Source of the DNA: a bacterium
GTDB taxonomy: Bacteria; Patescibacteriota; Minisyncoccia; Phycocordibacterales; SBAW01
Assembly: GCA_005239955.1 (NCBI GenBank)
Contig: SBAW01000011.1
Location: 6,924-70,923, forward strand
Length of the DNA: 64,000 bases
Direction of reading: 5' to 3'
A model generated the notes under the pieces. It saw nothing but the letters and a program-made list of their open reading frames with translations, did no database searches and was not told the origin of the DNA. Positions 37,346-46,275 of the stretch are shown in pieces (position 1 is the stretch's first letter; each line of letters begins with the position of its first letter). Made by a program: the position numbers and the translations under genes.

Positions 37346-37426
37346 GACACTCGAACAAAGGTTGACAGAGGGAGTAGTGGGAGAGTAGGATGCGGGCACG
37401 CTCGGAATCGGGCGTTTTCATTTCTC

Positions 37427-37786
37427 ATGTCACGATCGCTTAAAAAAGGACCCTACGTCGACCAAAAGTTGATGAAGAAAATTACCGGCAAACGGCCGGC
37501 TTCTACCCCTGTTATTAATACCTGGGCGCGCCGGAGCCAAATTGCTCCTGAAATGGTTGGGTTTAAATTTGGGGTTTATAACGGTAAGAGCCATATTGAG
37601 GTCCTCGTTTCAGAAGACATGGTGGGGCATAGGCTCGGGGAATTTTCTCCAACTAAAAAATTCCAGCGCCACGGCGGTAAGATGCAGAAGGAACTCGAGC
37701 AAAAAAAGAAAGAGGCCGAAATTGCAGCCGCACAAGCGGCAAAAGCTGCTTCGAGTGAAGGCGCTGCGAAACCGCCGGCAAAATAA
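37427..37786 (+). CDS. rpsS: 30S ribosomal protein S19
   Basis: [24 protein letters not shown]; upstream TTGACA-18 nt-TAGGAT (37362/37386). Confidence 0.97.
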   Translation: MSRSLKKGPYVDQKLMKKITGKRPASTPVINTWARRSQIAPEMVGFKFGVYNGKSHIEVLVSEDMVGHRLGEFSPTKKFQRHGGKMQKELEQKKKEAEIAAAQAAKAASSEGAAKPPAK

Positions 37787-37807
37787 TCATTTCTGTCATT
37801 TTTGAAT

Positions 37808-38137
37808 ATGAAAGCCTCTCTCTCACACTATCGACAATCGCCGCGCAAGGTCCGTTTGGTAACTGACCTTGTCAAAGGCAAGAGTGTTCGAGAGGCGCTT
37901 GCCATTCTTTCGGTGATGCCCAAGCGAGCGGTACTGCCGCTTGAACGCCTCATTAGGTCGGCAGTTGCCAATAGCGGCGTCTCAAAAGAAGAGGGTGATC
38001 GCCTCATCATCAAGAGCATTACGGTCAATAAAGGGCTTGTTTTCAAGCGTTTCAATCCGGTTTCGCGCGGTCGCGCACACCCAATCAAGAAACGCACCAG
38101 TCACGTGGACATCATGCTTTCCAAGCTTTCAAAATAG
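37808..38137 (+). CDS. rplV: 50S ribosomal protein L22
   Basis: QSPRKVRLV, SRGRAHPIKKRTSH. Confidence 0.96.
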   Translation: MKASLSHYRQSPRKVRLVTDLVKGKSVREALAILSVMPKRAVLPLERLIRSAVANSGVSKEEGDRLIIKSITVNKGLVFKRFNPVSRGRAHPIKKRTSHVDIMLSKLSK

Positions 38138-38138
38138 T

Positions 38139-38807
38139 ATGTCGCATACCGTACATCCATACGCACATAGGCTAGGTATTCTCCGCGATTGGAAAAGTCG
38201 TTGGTTTGCGCGTGACGCAAAGTTCCGCGAGTTCCTCAAGACCGACGTCCTCCTTCGCCGCTATCTCCAGATGCGACTTCGTGGCATGTACGTCAGCGGG
38301 ATTGAATTTGAACGAAACGAAAAGAATCTCCGCGTCATCATCAAGACGTCTCGCCCGGGCGTCATTATTGGTCGCTCAGGTGAAGGCTCCACACGCCTCA
38401 AGAACGATATTGCAGAATTTTTGCGCCGCAAGGCAAAAATGAAAGTTCCTGAAATTCGCCTCGATATTGAAGAGGTGCGCTCTCCGGAGAGTAATGCCGC
38501 AATCATCGGTCACATGGTGGTGGAGGCTCTCGAGAAACGTCTGCCGTTTCGTCGCGTTCTTAAACAAACGGTTGAGAAGGCAATGGCCAATCGCGACGTG
38601 AAAGGAGTGCGCATTGCACTTGCGGGGCGCCTGGGGGGCGCTGACATGGCTCGCAAAGAGGAACTAAAGAAAGGACGCATTCCACTCCAAACCTTCCGCG
38701 CCGATATCGATTTTGCACGCGTTGAGGCCCGACTGCCCTTGGGGATCATTGGCATCAAAGTATGGGTCTACCGCGGAGACGTCTTTGAAGACGAAAAGAA
38801 AAAATAG
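38139..38807 (+). CDS. rpsC: 30S ribosomal protein S3
   Basis: HPYAHRLG, RPGVIIGR, PLQTFRADID, GIKVWVY. Confidence 0.97.
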   Translation: MSHTVHPYAHRLGILRDWKSRWFARDAKFREFLKTDVLLRRYLQMRLRGMYVSGIEFERNEKNLRVIIKTSRPGVIIGRSGEGSTRLKNDIAEFLRRKAKMKVPEIRLDIEEVRSPESNAAIIGHMVVEALEKRLPFRRVLKQTVEKAMANRDVKGVRIALAGRLGGADMARKEELKKGRIPLQTFRADIDFARVEARLPLGIIGIKVWVYRGDVFEDEKKK

Positions 38808-38810
38808 CGT

Positions 38811-39242
38811 ATGTCGATGCTTTTCCCAAAAAAAGTAAAGTTCCGCAAATCCTTCACGTTCCGCCGGAACCCCAATAAAGTGCGCATCGCAACGCGCGGC
38901 ATTGAGCTGTCGTTTGGCTCATTTGGACTGAAGGCCATGAGTGAAGCGCGCGTGCGAAGCAACCAGCTTGAATCGGCACGTAAAGTTATTTCTCGCACGC
39001 TCGGGAAAACCGGCAAAGTGTGGATTCGTGTGTTTCCGGACAAACCATTCACCAAGAAACCGCCCGAAGTGAAAATGGGAAAGGGGAAAGGGGATCCCGT
39101 TGGCTACGAAGTGGAAGTACTTCCGGGCCGCATCATGTTTGAAATTGATGGTATTGAAGAGGTAATGGCACGCGAGGCGCTTCGCAAGGCAGGCACCAAA
39201 CTGCCGCTTAAGACCAAAGTCGTCGCGCGCAACGTACACTAA
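38811..39242 (+). CDS. rplP: 50S ribosomal protein L16
   Basis: WIRVFPDKPFTKKP..KMGKGKG. Confidence 0.97.
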   Translation: MSMLFPKKVKFRKSFTFRRNPNKVRIATRGIELSFGSFGLKAMSEARVRSNQLESARKVISRTLGKTGKVWIRVFPDKPFTKKPPEVKMGKGKGDPVGYEVEVLPGRIMFEIDGIEEVMAREALRKAGTKLPLKTKVVARNVH

Positions 39243-39243
39243 T

Positions 39244-39441
39244 ATGGCCTCAGAATACAAGGACAAAACAGTTTCTGACCTCACGGGGCTTCTTGCAGAG
39301 AAGCGCAAGGCCTTCGCGAATTTCCGTTTCGCGATTGCCGGAAGCAAAACCCGCAACACGAAAGAGGGCAAGGGACTTCGCCGCGAAATTGCGCGCATTC
39401 AAACAGAGCTTGCAAAGCGAGAGGGTAATAAGGCACGATAG
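39244..39441 (+). CDS. rpmC: 50S ribosomal protein L29
   Basis: Operon position; LRREIARIQTE. Confidence 0.92.
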   Translation: MASEYKDKTVSDLTGLLAEKRKAFANFRFAIAGSKTRNTKEGKGLRREIARIQTELAKREGNKAR

Positions 39442-39450
39442 GAAACTTCT

Positions 39451-39699
39451 ATGGCAGACGCAACCACAAAACGAAAAACACTCACCGGAACGGTCGTATC
39501 GACCAAGATGAAAGACACCGTGGTTGTTAAAGTTGACCGCTACGTGAAGCACTCCAAGTACGAGAAATTTATGAGGCGAAGCAAGCGTTTTCTCGCGCAT
39601 GACCCTGGCAATACCGCAAAAGAAGGCGAGAAAGTAACATTGCGCTCGATACGCCCCAAGTCGAAGAATAAAGTCTTCGAGATCGTTCGTACGGCATAA
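39451..39699 (+). CDS. rpsQ: 30S ribosomal protein S17
   Basis: GTVVSTKMKDTVVV, AHD, RPKSKNK. Confidence 0.95.
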   Translation: MADATTKRKTLTGTVVSTKMKDTVVVKVDRYVKHSKYEKFMRRSKRFLAHDPGNTAKEGEKVTLRSIRPKSKNKVFEIVRTA

Positions 39700-39708
39700 A
39701 CCACCTCT

Positions 39709-40080
39709 ATGATTCAACCACGCACCATTGTAAAGATTTGTGACAACACCGGCGGCAAAATTGGCCGCATCTTCAAAGTGCTTGGCGGTTCAAAGAAGCG
39801 CTACGCGGAAATCGGCGACATTGTCGTCCTTTCCGTACAAACCGCAGAGCCCAGGAAGCAGGTCAAGAAAAAGGATGTCCTCCACGCGATTGTGGTACGC
39901 ACCAGGAAGCCTCTCCGTCGCAAAGATGGTTCCTATGTACGTTTTGATGAGAACGCCGTGGTGATTATCGACAAAGATAAGATGGAGCCTCGTGGCGCCC
40001 GTGTGTTCGGCCCTATTCCTCGCGAAATCGGCGAGCGCGGCTACCAGAAGATTATTTCGCTTGCCCCCGAAGTCGTTTAA
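39709..40080 (+). CDS. rplN: 50S ribosomal protein L14
   Basis: DNTGGK, RFDENAVV, IISLAPEVV. Confidence 0.97.
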   Translation: MIQPRTIVKICDNTGGKIGRIFKVLGGSKKRYAEIGDIVVLSVQTAEPRKQVKKKDVLHAIVVRTRKPLRRKDGSYVRFDENAVVIIDKDKMEPRGARVFGPIPREIGERGYQKIISLAPEVV

Positions 40081-40089
40081 ATTACTCTC

Positions 40090-40311
40090 ATGCATGTAAA
40101 GAAGGGAGACATGGTGGTCGTTACCACCGGCAAAGATAAGGGAAAAAGCGGAAAAATAATTCGCGCGTTCCCGCGTAAAGACCTCGTCCTTGTTGAGGGC
40201 ATCAATCTTCGCAAGAAGCATGAGCGCCCCCGCAAAACGAACCAGAAAGGACAGATTGTGGAGAAGGTAATGCCGATTCACGTCTCAAACGTTCGCAAGA
40301 AGAAAGAATAG
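40090..40311 (+). CDS. rplX: 50S ribosomal protein L24 (short form)
   Basis: [23 protein letters not shown]. Confidence 0.93.
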   Translation: MHVKKGDMVVVTTGKDKGKSGKIIRAFPRKDLVLVEGINLRKKHERPRKTNQKGQIVEKVMPIHVSNVRKKKE

Positions 40312-40324
40312 ACCGAAAATAGAT

Positions 40325-40864
40325 ATGGAACTCATTCAAGACAAACAAAAAAAAGCATTCGAAGCTCTCAAAGATCGCTTCCACTACCGCAACCCTATGC
40401 AAACCCCGCGCCTCCTCAAAGCGGTGGTGGCTGTCGGTGTGGGGTCCCTTCGCGATAAAAAGAAAATTGAACTCGTGGAAGACCGTCTTGCCAAGATTAC
40501 GGGGCAAAAAGCAGCGCCGCGCGGAGCCAAGAAAGCAATCGCAACATTTAAAACGCGTCAGGGAGACATTGTGGGGCTTCAGGTCACTCTTCGCGGCAAG
40601 CGCATGGAAGATTTCGTAAACAAACTCCTTCATATCGCACTGCCGCGCACTAAAGACTTCAAAGGGATAACTCCCGATATTGTGGACGTGGTTGGTAATG
40701 CAACGGTGGGCATCAAGGAGCACATCGTTTTCCCCGAAACCTCTGATGAAGAGCTTAAAGACGTCTTTGGCATGGGGGTCACGATTGTAACGACCGCCAA
40801 AAAACCAGAGGAAGCAAAAGCGTATCTCGAATACCTCGGGTTCCCCTTCAAAAAGAAGCAATAA
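40325..40864 (+). CDS. rplE: 50S ribosomal protein L5
   Basis: ITGQKA, VTLRGKRM, LPRTKDFKG, IVFPE. Confidence 0.96.
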   Translation: MELIQDKQKKAFEALKDRFHYRNPMQTPRLLKAVVAVGVGSLRDKKKIELVEDRLAKITGQKAAPRGAKKAIATFKTRQGDIVGLQVTLRGKRMEDFVNKLLHIALPRTKDFKGITPDIVDVVGNATVGIKEHIVFPETSDEELKDVFGMGVTIVTTAKKPEEAKAYLEYLGFPFKKKQ

Positions 40865-40866
40865 TC

Positions 40867-41070
40867 GCAAAAAACGGCCCCAGGCCGTTTTTTGTTTGAC
40901 AAGGGAGAAGCGAAAAAGTAGTATGAGCGCCAAGCACAGCGAGTGCTTTTTTGTTTGAACTGCGTAGTGTGGGTACGGGTATCTCGCCCTCCCGAAGCGT
41001 GCAGCTCAGACAAGTTCGCGGCAGGTAAGAATAGAACCCGAGGGAAACTTCCGGCGGGTTCACATCCATC
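40867..41070 (+). promoter_or_regulatory. Terminator, new promoter and structured leader upstream of rpsN
   Basis: GCAAAAAACGGCC/GGCCGTTTTTTGT hairpin; TTGACA(40896)-17 nt-TAGTAT(40919); hairpins 40932-40948 and 41034-41061. Confidence 0.65.
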
Positions 41071-41256
41071 ATGGCAAAGACATCTGTCATAGTTCGCAGT
41101 AAACGCAAACCCAAATTTAAATCGCGGGTTGTTCGCCGCTGCTTTAAGTGTGGGAGGAAGCGTAGCTACATGCGCGACTTTGATATGTGCCGCATTTGTT
41201 TCCGTGAACTCGCAAACGAAGGCATGATACCGGGTATTAAGAAATCCTCATGGTAA
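41071..41256 (+). CDS. rpsN: 30S ribosomal protein S14, zinc-binding type
   Basis: RCFKCGR...[10 protein letters not shown]. Confidence 0.96.
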   Translation: MAKTSVIVRSKRKPKFKSRVVRRCFKCGRKRSYMRDFDMCRICFRELANEGMIPGIKKSSW

Positions 41257-41642
41257 GCGATACGATTGGAGATCTCATAAACCACCTTAAAACTGCGAAC
41301 CGCGCGGGGAAGCAGATGGTTTCCGTACCCTACTCCGGCCATCGTCTTGCCGTGGTGAAACTTCTCGCGAAAGAAAAATATATCGCGAGCGCCACGAAGC
41401 GTGGCAAAAAGGTGCGCAAATACATTGACGTTGAACTCGCCTACGATGGTGAGTCGCCCCGCATCAATGGTGCGCGTCGCATTTCACGCCCCTCACGCCG
41501 TCTCTACCGCTCTGCGCGAGAGCTTCGACCAGCTGCCGGAGCTCATCGCATTACAGTACTCTCAACACCAAAAGGCATTCTCACTGACCGCGACGCCAAA
41601 AAGCAAAGTGTCGGCGGCGAAGTTATGTTTGAAATGTGGTAA
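41250..41642 (+). CDS. rpsH: 30S ribosomal protein S8
   Basis: [23 protein letters not shown]. Confidence 0.95.
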   Translation: MVSDTIGDLINHLKTANRAGKQMVSVPYSGHRLAVVKLLAKEKYIASATKRGKKVRKYIDVELAYDGESPRINGARRISRPSRRLYRSARELRPAAGAHRITVLSTPKGILTDRDAKKQSVGGEVMFEMW

Positions 41643-41644
41643 CC

Positions 41645-42178
41645 ATGAGTCGTATCGCAAAAAAACCTATTGTAGTCCCTCAAGGCGTAACGGTGACCGT
41701 TGCGGGAGGAAATGTTTCGGTGAAAGGACCGCAAGGAGAACTCTCGCGCCCCCTTCACCCCGATATGGCTGTCGCGGTTGCCGAGGGAGCCGTTTCGGTA
41801 ACGCCTCATGTTGAGACGAAGCGCACCAAAGCACTCTGGGGAACGACAGCCGCTCATATCAAAAATATGCTGGAGGGTGTTGTGAAGCCCTATGAAAAGC
41901 GCCTCCTCATCGAGGGCGTGGGGTATCGCTGGGAAGTGGCGGGCACGAAGATGAATCTTTCGCTCGGTTTCTCTCACCCCGTCTCAGTTGAAATTCCGAA
42001 AGGACTTAAGGTAACGATTGAGAAGGGAGTTTTGGTTATTGCAGGCATCGACAAAGATGTGGTCGGACAATTTGCCGCAAACATTCGCGCCCTCAAAAAG
42101 CCGGAGCCGTATAAGGGCAAGGGTATTCGCTACAGCGACGAGGTCATTCGCCGCAAGCAAGGTAAGAAGACAGCCTAG
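41645..42178 (+). CDS. rplF: 50S ribosomal protein L6
   Basis: MSRIAKKPI, LGFSHPV, PEPYKGKGIRY. Confidence 0.97.
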   Translation: MSRIAKKPIVVPQGVTVTVAGGNVSVKGPQGELSRPLHPDMAVAVAEGAVSVTPHVETKRTKALWGTTAAHIKNMLEGVVKPYEKRLLIEGVGYRWEVAGTKMNLSLGFSHPVSVEIPKGLKVTIEKGVLVIAGIDKDVVGQFAANIRALKKPEPYKGKGIRYSDEVIRRKQGKKTA

Positions 42179-42192
42179 CTGTCAAAATTGAT

Positions 42193-42549
42193 ATGGCACA
42201 AACAATTTCACAAAAAAAGAAGGCCTCGAGGGAGCGACGACACAAGAAAATTCGCACGCGTGTCCGTGGTACAGCCGAAAAACCTCGTTTGTCAGTATTT
42301 AAATCCAATCGTCGCATCGTCGCACAGCTCATTGACGATGAACGGGGAGCAACGATTGTCGCCACCCACGTGGCAGGGGCGAAAGGCAAAAATAAAACGC
42401 AGGCAGCCAAGGATGCAGGGATGGAGCTTGCGAAACAAGCACTTGCGAAGGGCATCAAGGTGGCAGCGTTTGATCGGGGCGGCTTTCGCTACACCGGTCG
42501 CATTGCCGCATTTGCCGATGGTGCGCGAGAAGGAGGGCTCAAAGTATAA
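42193..42549 (+). CDS. rplR: 50S ribosomal protein L18
   Basis: PRLSVFKSN, FDRGGFRYTGRI. Confidence 0.96.
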   Translation: MAQTISQKKKASRERRHKKIRTRVRGTAEKPRLSVFKSNRRIVAQLIDDERGATIVATHVAGAKGKNKTQAAKDAGMELAKQALAKGIKVAAFDRGGFRYTGRIAAFADGAREGGLKV

Positions 42550-42555
42550 ACGTAT

Positions 42556-43125
42556 ATGAACGACACAGCACAAAACACACCAAAGCCGGTAGAGACGAAA
42601 GAGGCTCCTCGTACTCGTTCAGACGGGCGTGGAGGAGAGCGCCGTGGTGGACGCCCCGAGCGCGGCCGCCGTACGCCTCGCCCTGAGCGCGCGAGAAGCG
42701 AGTACGATCAAAAGATGATTTCTATTCGTCGCGTTGCCCGCGTGGTTGCCGGCGGCCGCCGCTTCAGTTTCTCTGTCGCGATGGTGCTTGGTGACCGCAA
42801 GGGGAAGGTAGGGGTAGGCTTAGGGAAAGGGGGCGACACCGCGCTCGCAATTGAAAAAGCAACTCGCGATGCAAAGAAAAATATGATCAAAGTGCGTCTC
42901 ACCAAAGACAGCTCCATCGCACATTCGGTCTACGCAAAATACGCCGCTTCGGAACTTTCCATGCTCCCGGTCAGGGGTCGCGGACTTGTTGCGGGAAGCT
43001 CGGTGCGCACTGTCCTCGATCTGGCTGGCATCACCAACATCTCAGCGAAACTCCTTACGCGCAGCAAGAACCCCGTCAATAATGCGCACGCTACCATCAA
43101 GGCACTTCGCGGCCTTAAAGCGTAA
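42556..43125 (+). CDS. rpsE: 30S ribosomal protein S5
   Basis: RVARVVAGGRRFSFS, VGVGLGK. Confidence 0.96.
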   Translation: MNDTAQNTPKPVETKEAPRTRSDGRGGERRGGRPERGRRTPRPERARSEYDQKMISIRRVARVVAGGRRFSFSVAMVLGDRKGKVGVGLGKGGDTALAIEKATRDAKKNMIKVRLTKDSSIAHSVYAKYAASELSMLPVRGRGLVAGSSVRTVLDLAGITNISAKLLTRSKNPVNNAHATIKALRGLKA

Positions 43126-43137
43126 TTAATTACTTCC

Positions 43138-43608
43138 ATGCAGCTTCACGAACTCAAACGAACACACCCTCTCACCAAAAAGGTCCGTGTAGGCCGTGGT
43201 GGGAAGCGCGGGAAGACCTCCGGACGAGGCGGCAAGGGGCAGAGCGCGCGTGCCGGTAATAAAATTCGTCCCGCTATCCGCGACGTCATTAAGAAACTTC
43301 CGAAACTGCGAGGCTACCGTTTCAAGAGTTTCCGCTCTAAACCAGTAGTGGTCAATATTGCGGCACTGGAGAAGAAATACACGGCAGGAGAAGTCGTAAG
43401 CCCGCAGACGCTCGCAGCGAAAGGAATCATTGATATGCGAAAAGGGAGCACGTTCTCGGTGAAACTCCTCGGGGATGGGGAACTCACGAAGAAACTAAGC
43501 GTAGAAGGATGTTTTGTTTCTGGAAGCGCTCTGCAAAAAATAACCGCAGCCGGTGGAACCATAACCCCTCTCAATGGATCGGGTAGTAGAATTTCGGCTC
43601 GCACATAG
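43138..43608 (+). CDS. rplO: 50S ribosomal protein L15 (stop codon lies inside the inserted element)
   Basis: VGRGGKRGKTSGRGGKGQSAR, KITAAGG. Confidence 0.95.
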   Translation: MQLHELKRTHPLTKKVRVGRGGKRGKTSGRGGKGQSARAGNKIRPAIRDVIKKLPKLRGYRFKSFRSKPVVVNIAALEKKYTAGEVVSPQTLAAKGIIDMRKGSTFSVKLLGDGELTKKLSVEGCFVSGSALQKITAAGGTITPLNGSGSRISART

Positions 43609-43704
43609 TGCTGTTTAGTGTGAATCTGACCGAAGTCACCATCATGAACTTACACCACGAAACCGAATCAAGTAGAATCAACAAGCCGAAATTTCACTAA
43701 CCCG
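43580..43704 (+). mobile_element. 125-bp element at the secY start codon, flanked by an ATGGAT direct repeat
   Basis: ATGGAT(43574)-CGGGTAGTAGAATTTCGGCT...AGCCGAAATTTCACTAACCCG-ATGGAT(43705). Confidence 0.8.
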
Positions 43705-44976
43705 ATGGATACATTTCTCACCAAACTGAAGCTTCTTGTTACCGATACGACGCTCCGCAATCGGATCCTGTTTGTGCTCGGTGCCTTGGCGCTCTTTCGT
43801 GTGCTCGCGGCAATTCCCATTCCTGGCGTTAACGTTGCTCAGCTTGAACAATTCTTCGCCAATAACCAATTCCTGGGACTTCTTAATATTTTCTCGGGCG
43901 GCGGGCTCTCAAATCTCTCCATCGTCCTTCTCGGCGTTGGTCCCTACATCACCGCCTCCATCATCATGCAGCTTCTCACCATCATGATCCCGAAGCTCAA
44001 AGCGCTCTACCAAGAGGAGGGAGAAGCGGGACGCAAACGCTTTGCACAGTACTCGCGCCTCCTCACCCTTCCCATGGCGCTTCTCCAGGGGTTTGGATTC
44101 TTGGTTCTCTTTGAACGCCAAGGACTCGTGGATTCACTCGGGACATTTAACTTTGTCGTAAATCTCGGCATCATTACGGCAGGCTCACTTCTCCTTATGT
44201 GGATTGGTGAACTTATTTCGGAATTTGGTATTGGAAACGGCGTCTCGCTTCTCATCTTTGCTGGTATCGTGGCGAGCTTCCCACAAACCATAAGTCGGCT
44301 CGTCTTTTCCTTCGATGTTTCCCAAGTCCCGCTTTACCTCGGATTCCTCGTGGTGGGGCTCATTATTATTGGGGGGGTCGTTACCATGACCGAGGCTGAG
44401 CGCCCGGTTCCCGTGACCTACGCCAAGCGGGTGCGTGGCATGAGGGTGTATGGAGGTACTGCAACGTATCTTCCCCTTCGCGTCAATCAGGCGGGCGTTA
44501 TCCCGATCATCTTCGCACTCTCCATTCTTCTGTTTCCACAAATGATTTTCAACTTCCTTGCAGGCCTCAATATTCCGGCCATTAACGCCATTGCGACGAC
44601 CGTTCTCGCCGGACTCCAAAATAGCCTCGTCTATGGGCTCATCTACTTCATTCTGGTCTTCCTCTTTACCTACTTCTACACGGCAGTGACGTTTGATCCC
44701 GACACGATTGCCAATAATCTCCAGAAAAGTGGGGCATTTATTCCCGGCGTTCGTCCTGGTCCCTCAACTTCGCAGTATCTGGGGAACGTTCTTACGCGCA
44801 TTACGCTTGTGGGCGCGCTTTTCCTTGGCTTCATTGCGGTCCTGCCGATTGTGATGCAGTCCATAACCGGTATTCAAGCGCTGGCACTTGGTGGTACCGC
44901 GCTCCTCATCGTGGTGTCAGTGGTCTTGGACTTGGTACGAAGAATCGACGCTCAGATTTCGATCAGAGAATACTAG
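43705..44976 (+). CDS. secY: Preprotein translocase SecY
   Basis: LGVGPYITASII, GIGNGVSLLIFAGI, NQAGVIPIIFA, IPGVRPG. Confidence 0.98.
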   Translation: MDTFLTKLKLLVTDTTLRNRILFVLGALALFRVLAAIPIPGVNVAQLEQFFANNQFLGLLNIFSGGGLSNLSIVLLGVGPYITASIIMQLLTIMIPKLKALYQEEGEAGRKRFAQYSRLLTLPMALLQGFGFLVLFERQGLVDSLGTFNFVVNLGIITAGSLLLMWIGELISEFGIGNGVSLLIFAGIVASFPQTISRLVFSFDVSQVPLYLGFLVVGLIIIGGVVTMTEAERPVPVTYAKRVRGMRVYGGTATYLPLRVNQAGVIPIIFALSILLFPQMIFNFLAGLNIPAINAIATTVLAGLQNSLVYGLIYFILVFLFTYFYTAVTFDPDTIANNLQKSGAFIPGVRPGPSTSQYLGNVLTRITLVGALFLGFIAVLPIVMQSITGIQALALGGTALLIVVSVVLDLVRRIDAQISIREY

Positions 44977-45539
44977 GCTGCCCACTTTTTGTAGGAATCC
45001 AGGACAATAGCAATAACCTGCGCTAAATTGTTTTTCTTCGTGTCAACGAGGAGATCAAATGGCGAAGTGTCGGTGGTGTCGATACCATAAAGATTCATAT
45101 AGCGCTTGCGCTCACTGGTGACTCGAATATCAATATTCTTTCGAACTTCTTCGACTGATTGTGCCTCCTGACTCACACGGCCCTCCGTCACAATGTGATT
45201 ATAAATTCGCTCTGCCGCCGTATCGGGGTCAAGCGATAGATAAACCTTAAATGACTCAGGCATCCAATGGAAAGCGAGTCGTGAATCAATAACAAACTCA
45301 CTCTCTTCTCGCCCCATTTTTTGAAGCAGTTCGTCGACTTGATGATCGATCTCTTTCTGCTCTTCTGCGGTGAGATTAATCGCTTCAATGGAGAGCCCGC
45401 GCTCCTTTGCGATTTTCCGAAAAAGGTCCCCTGAAGAAAAATGACGAAACCCCAGTTTTTGTGCGACACCTTTGGCAGTTGATGATTTACCACTACCGAC
45501 CGCCCCCGCGAGCGTAATAATGCGCTTTTGATTTTCCAT
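44973..45539 (-). CDS. cmk: Cytidylate kinase, archaeal-type (putative)
   Basis: ITLAGAVGSGKSS, SSGDLFRKIA, VIDSRLA, RYMNLYGID. Confidence 0.75.
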   Translation of the reverse strand: MENQKRIITLAGAVGSGKSSTAKGVAQKLGFRHFSSGDLFRKIAKERGLSIEAINLTAEEQKEIDHQVDELLQKMGREESEFVIDSRLAFHWMPESFKVYLSLDPDTAAERIYNHIVTEGRVSQEAQSVEEVRKNIDIRVTSERKRYMNLYGIDTTDTSPFDLLVDTKKNNLAQVIAIVLDSYKKWAA

Positions 45540-45612
45540 AGACGTCGCGATTGTACCACGCTTCATCGTAAAAAACCTTGTTATTCTTAGGTTTCTTAGC
45601 TATAGTACCGCC

Positions 45613-46215
45613 GTGAACGCGCGAACCATCATCTTTATTGGCTCTCAAGGATCGGGGAAAGGAACCCAAGCGGATCTTCTCAAAGCCGCACTTGAAAAAT
45701 CATCTCCGAATTTTGCTGTTATGAAGCACGACACTGGTGCATCCTTCCGCGCCTTTTGTAAGGAACATCCCGGAAATTACACGGTGAAGATGGTTGAAGA
45801 GTCGCTCAATAAAGGCAATCTTCAGCCCTCTTTTCTTCCGATTTATCTCTGGACGAAAGATTTTATCGATCACCTGCGCGGAGAAAAAACACACGTTGTT
45901 ATCGACGGCTCGCCGCGCACCACGCTTCAAGCAGATACCCTTGATGAGGCTCTCACCTTCTATGGCCGAGAGAATGTCTCGGTCATATATCTGGTGCTAT
46001 CTCCAGATTTATCGGTAAAACGACTACTCTTGAGAGGTCGCGCCGATGACACCGAAGTCTCCATTCGTCGTCGTCTCGCGCTCTATGAGAAGCAAACCAA
46101 ACCAATCCTCGATTATTTCAAATCGCATCCGCGCTACGACATTCTTGAAATAAACGGCGATCAGACTGTCGAAGCAATTCACGCCGAAATCAAACAAAAA
46201 CTGGCACTGCCGTAA
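45613..46215 (+). CDS. adk: Adenylate kinase family NMP kinase
   Basis: GSQGSGKGTQA, IDGSPRT, RGRADD; position between secY and map. Confidence 0.85.
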   Translation: MNARTIIFIGSQGSGKGTQADLLKAALEKSSPNFAVMKHDTGASFRAFCKEHPGNYTVKMVEESLNKGNLQPSFLPIYLWTKDFIDHLRGEKTHVVIDGSPRTTLQADTLDEALTFYGRENVSVIYLVLSPDLSVKRLLLRGRADDTEVSIRRRLALYEKQTKPILDYFKSHPRYDILEINGDQTVEAIHAEIKQKLALP

Positions 46216-46275
46216 GAATGTTGTTAGTACGATATATCGTACTAATTCCACTTCTCAACTGGTGACACTAACACA

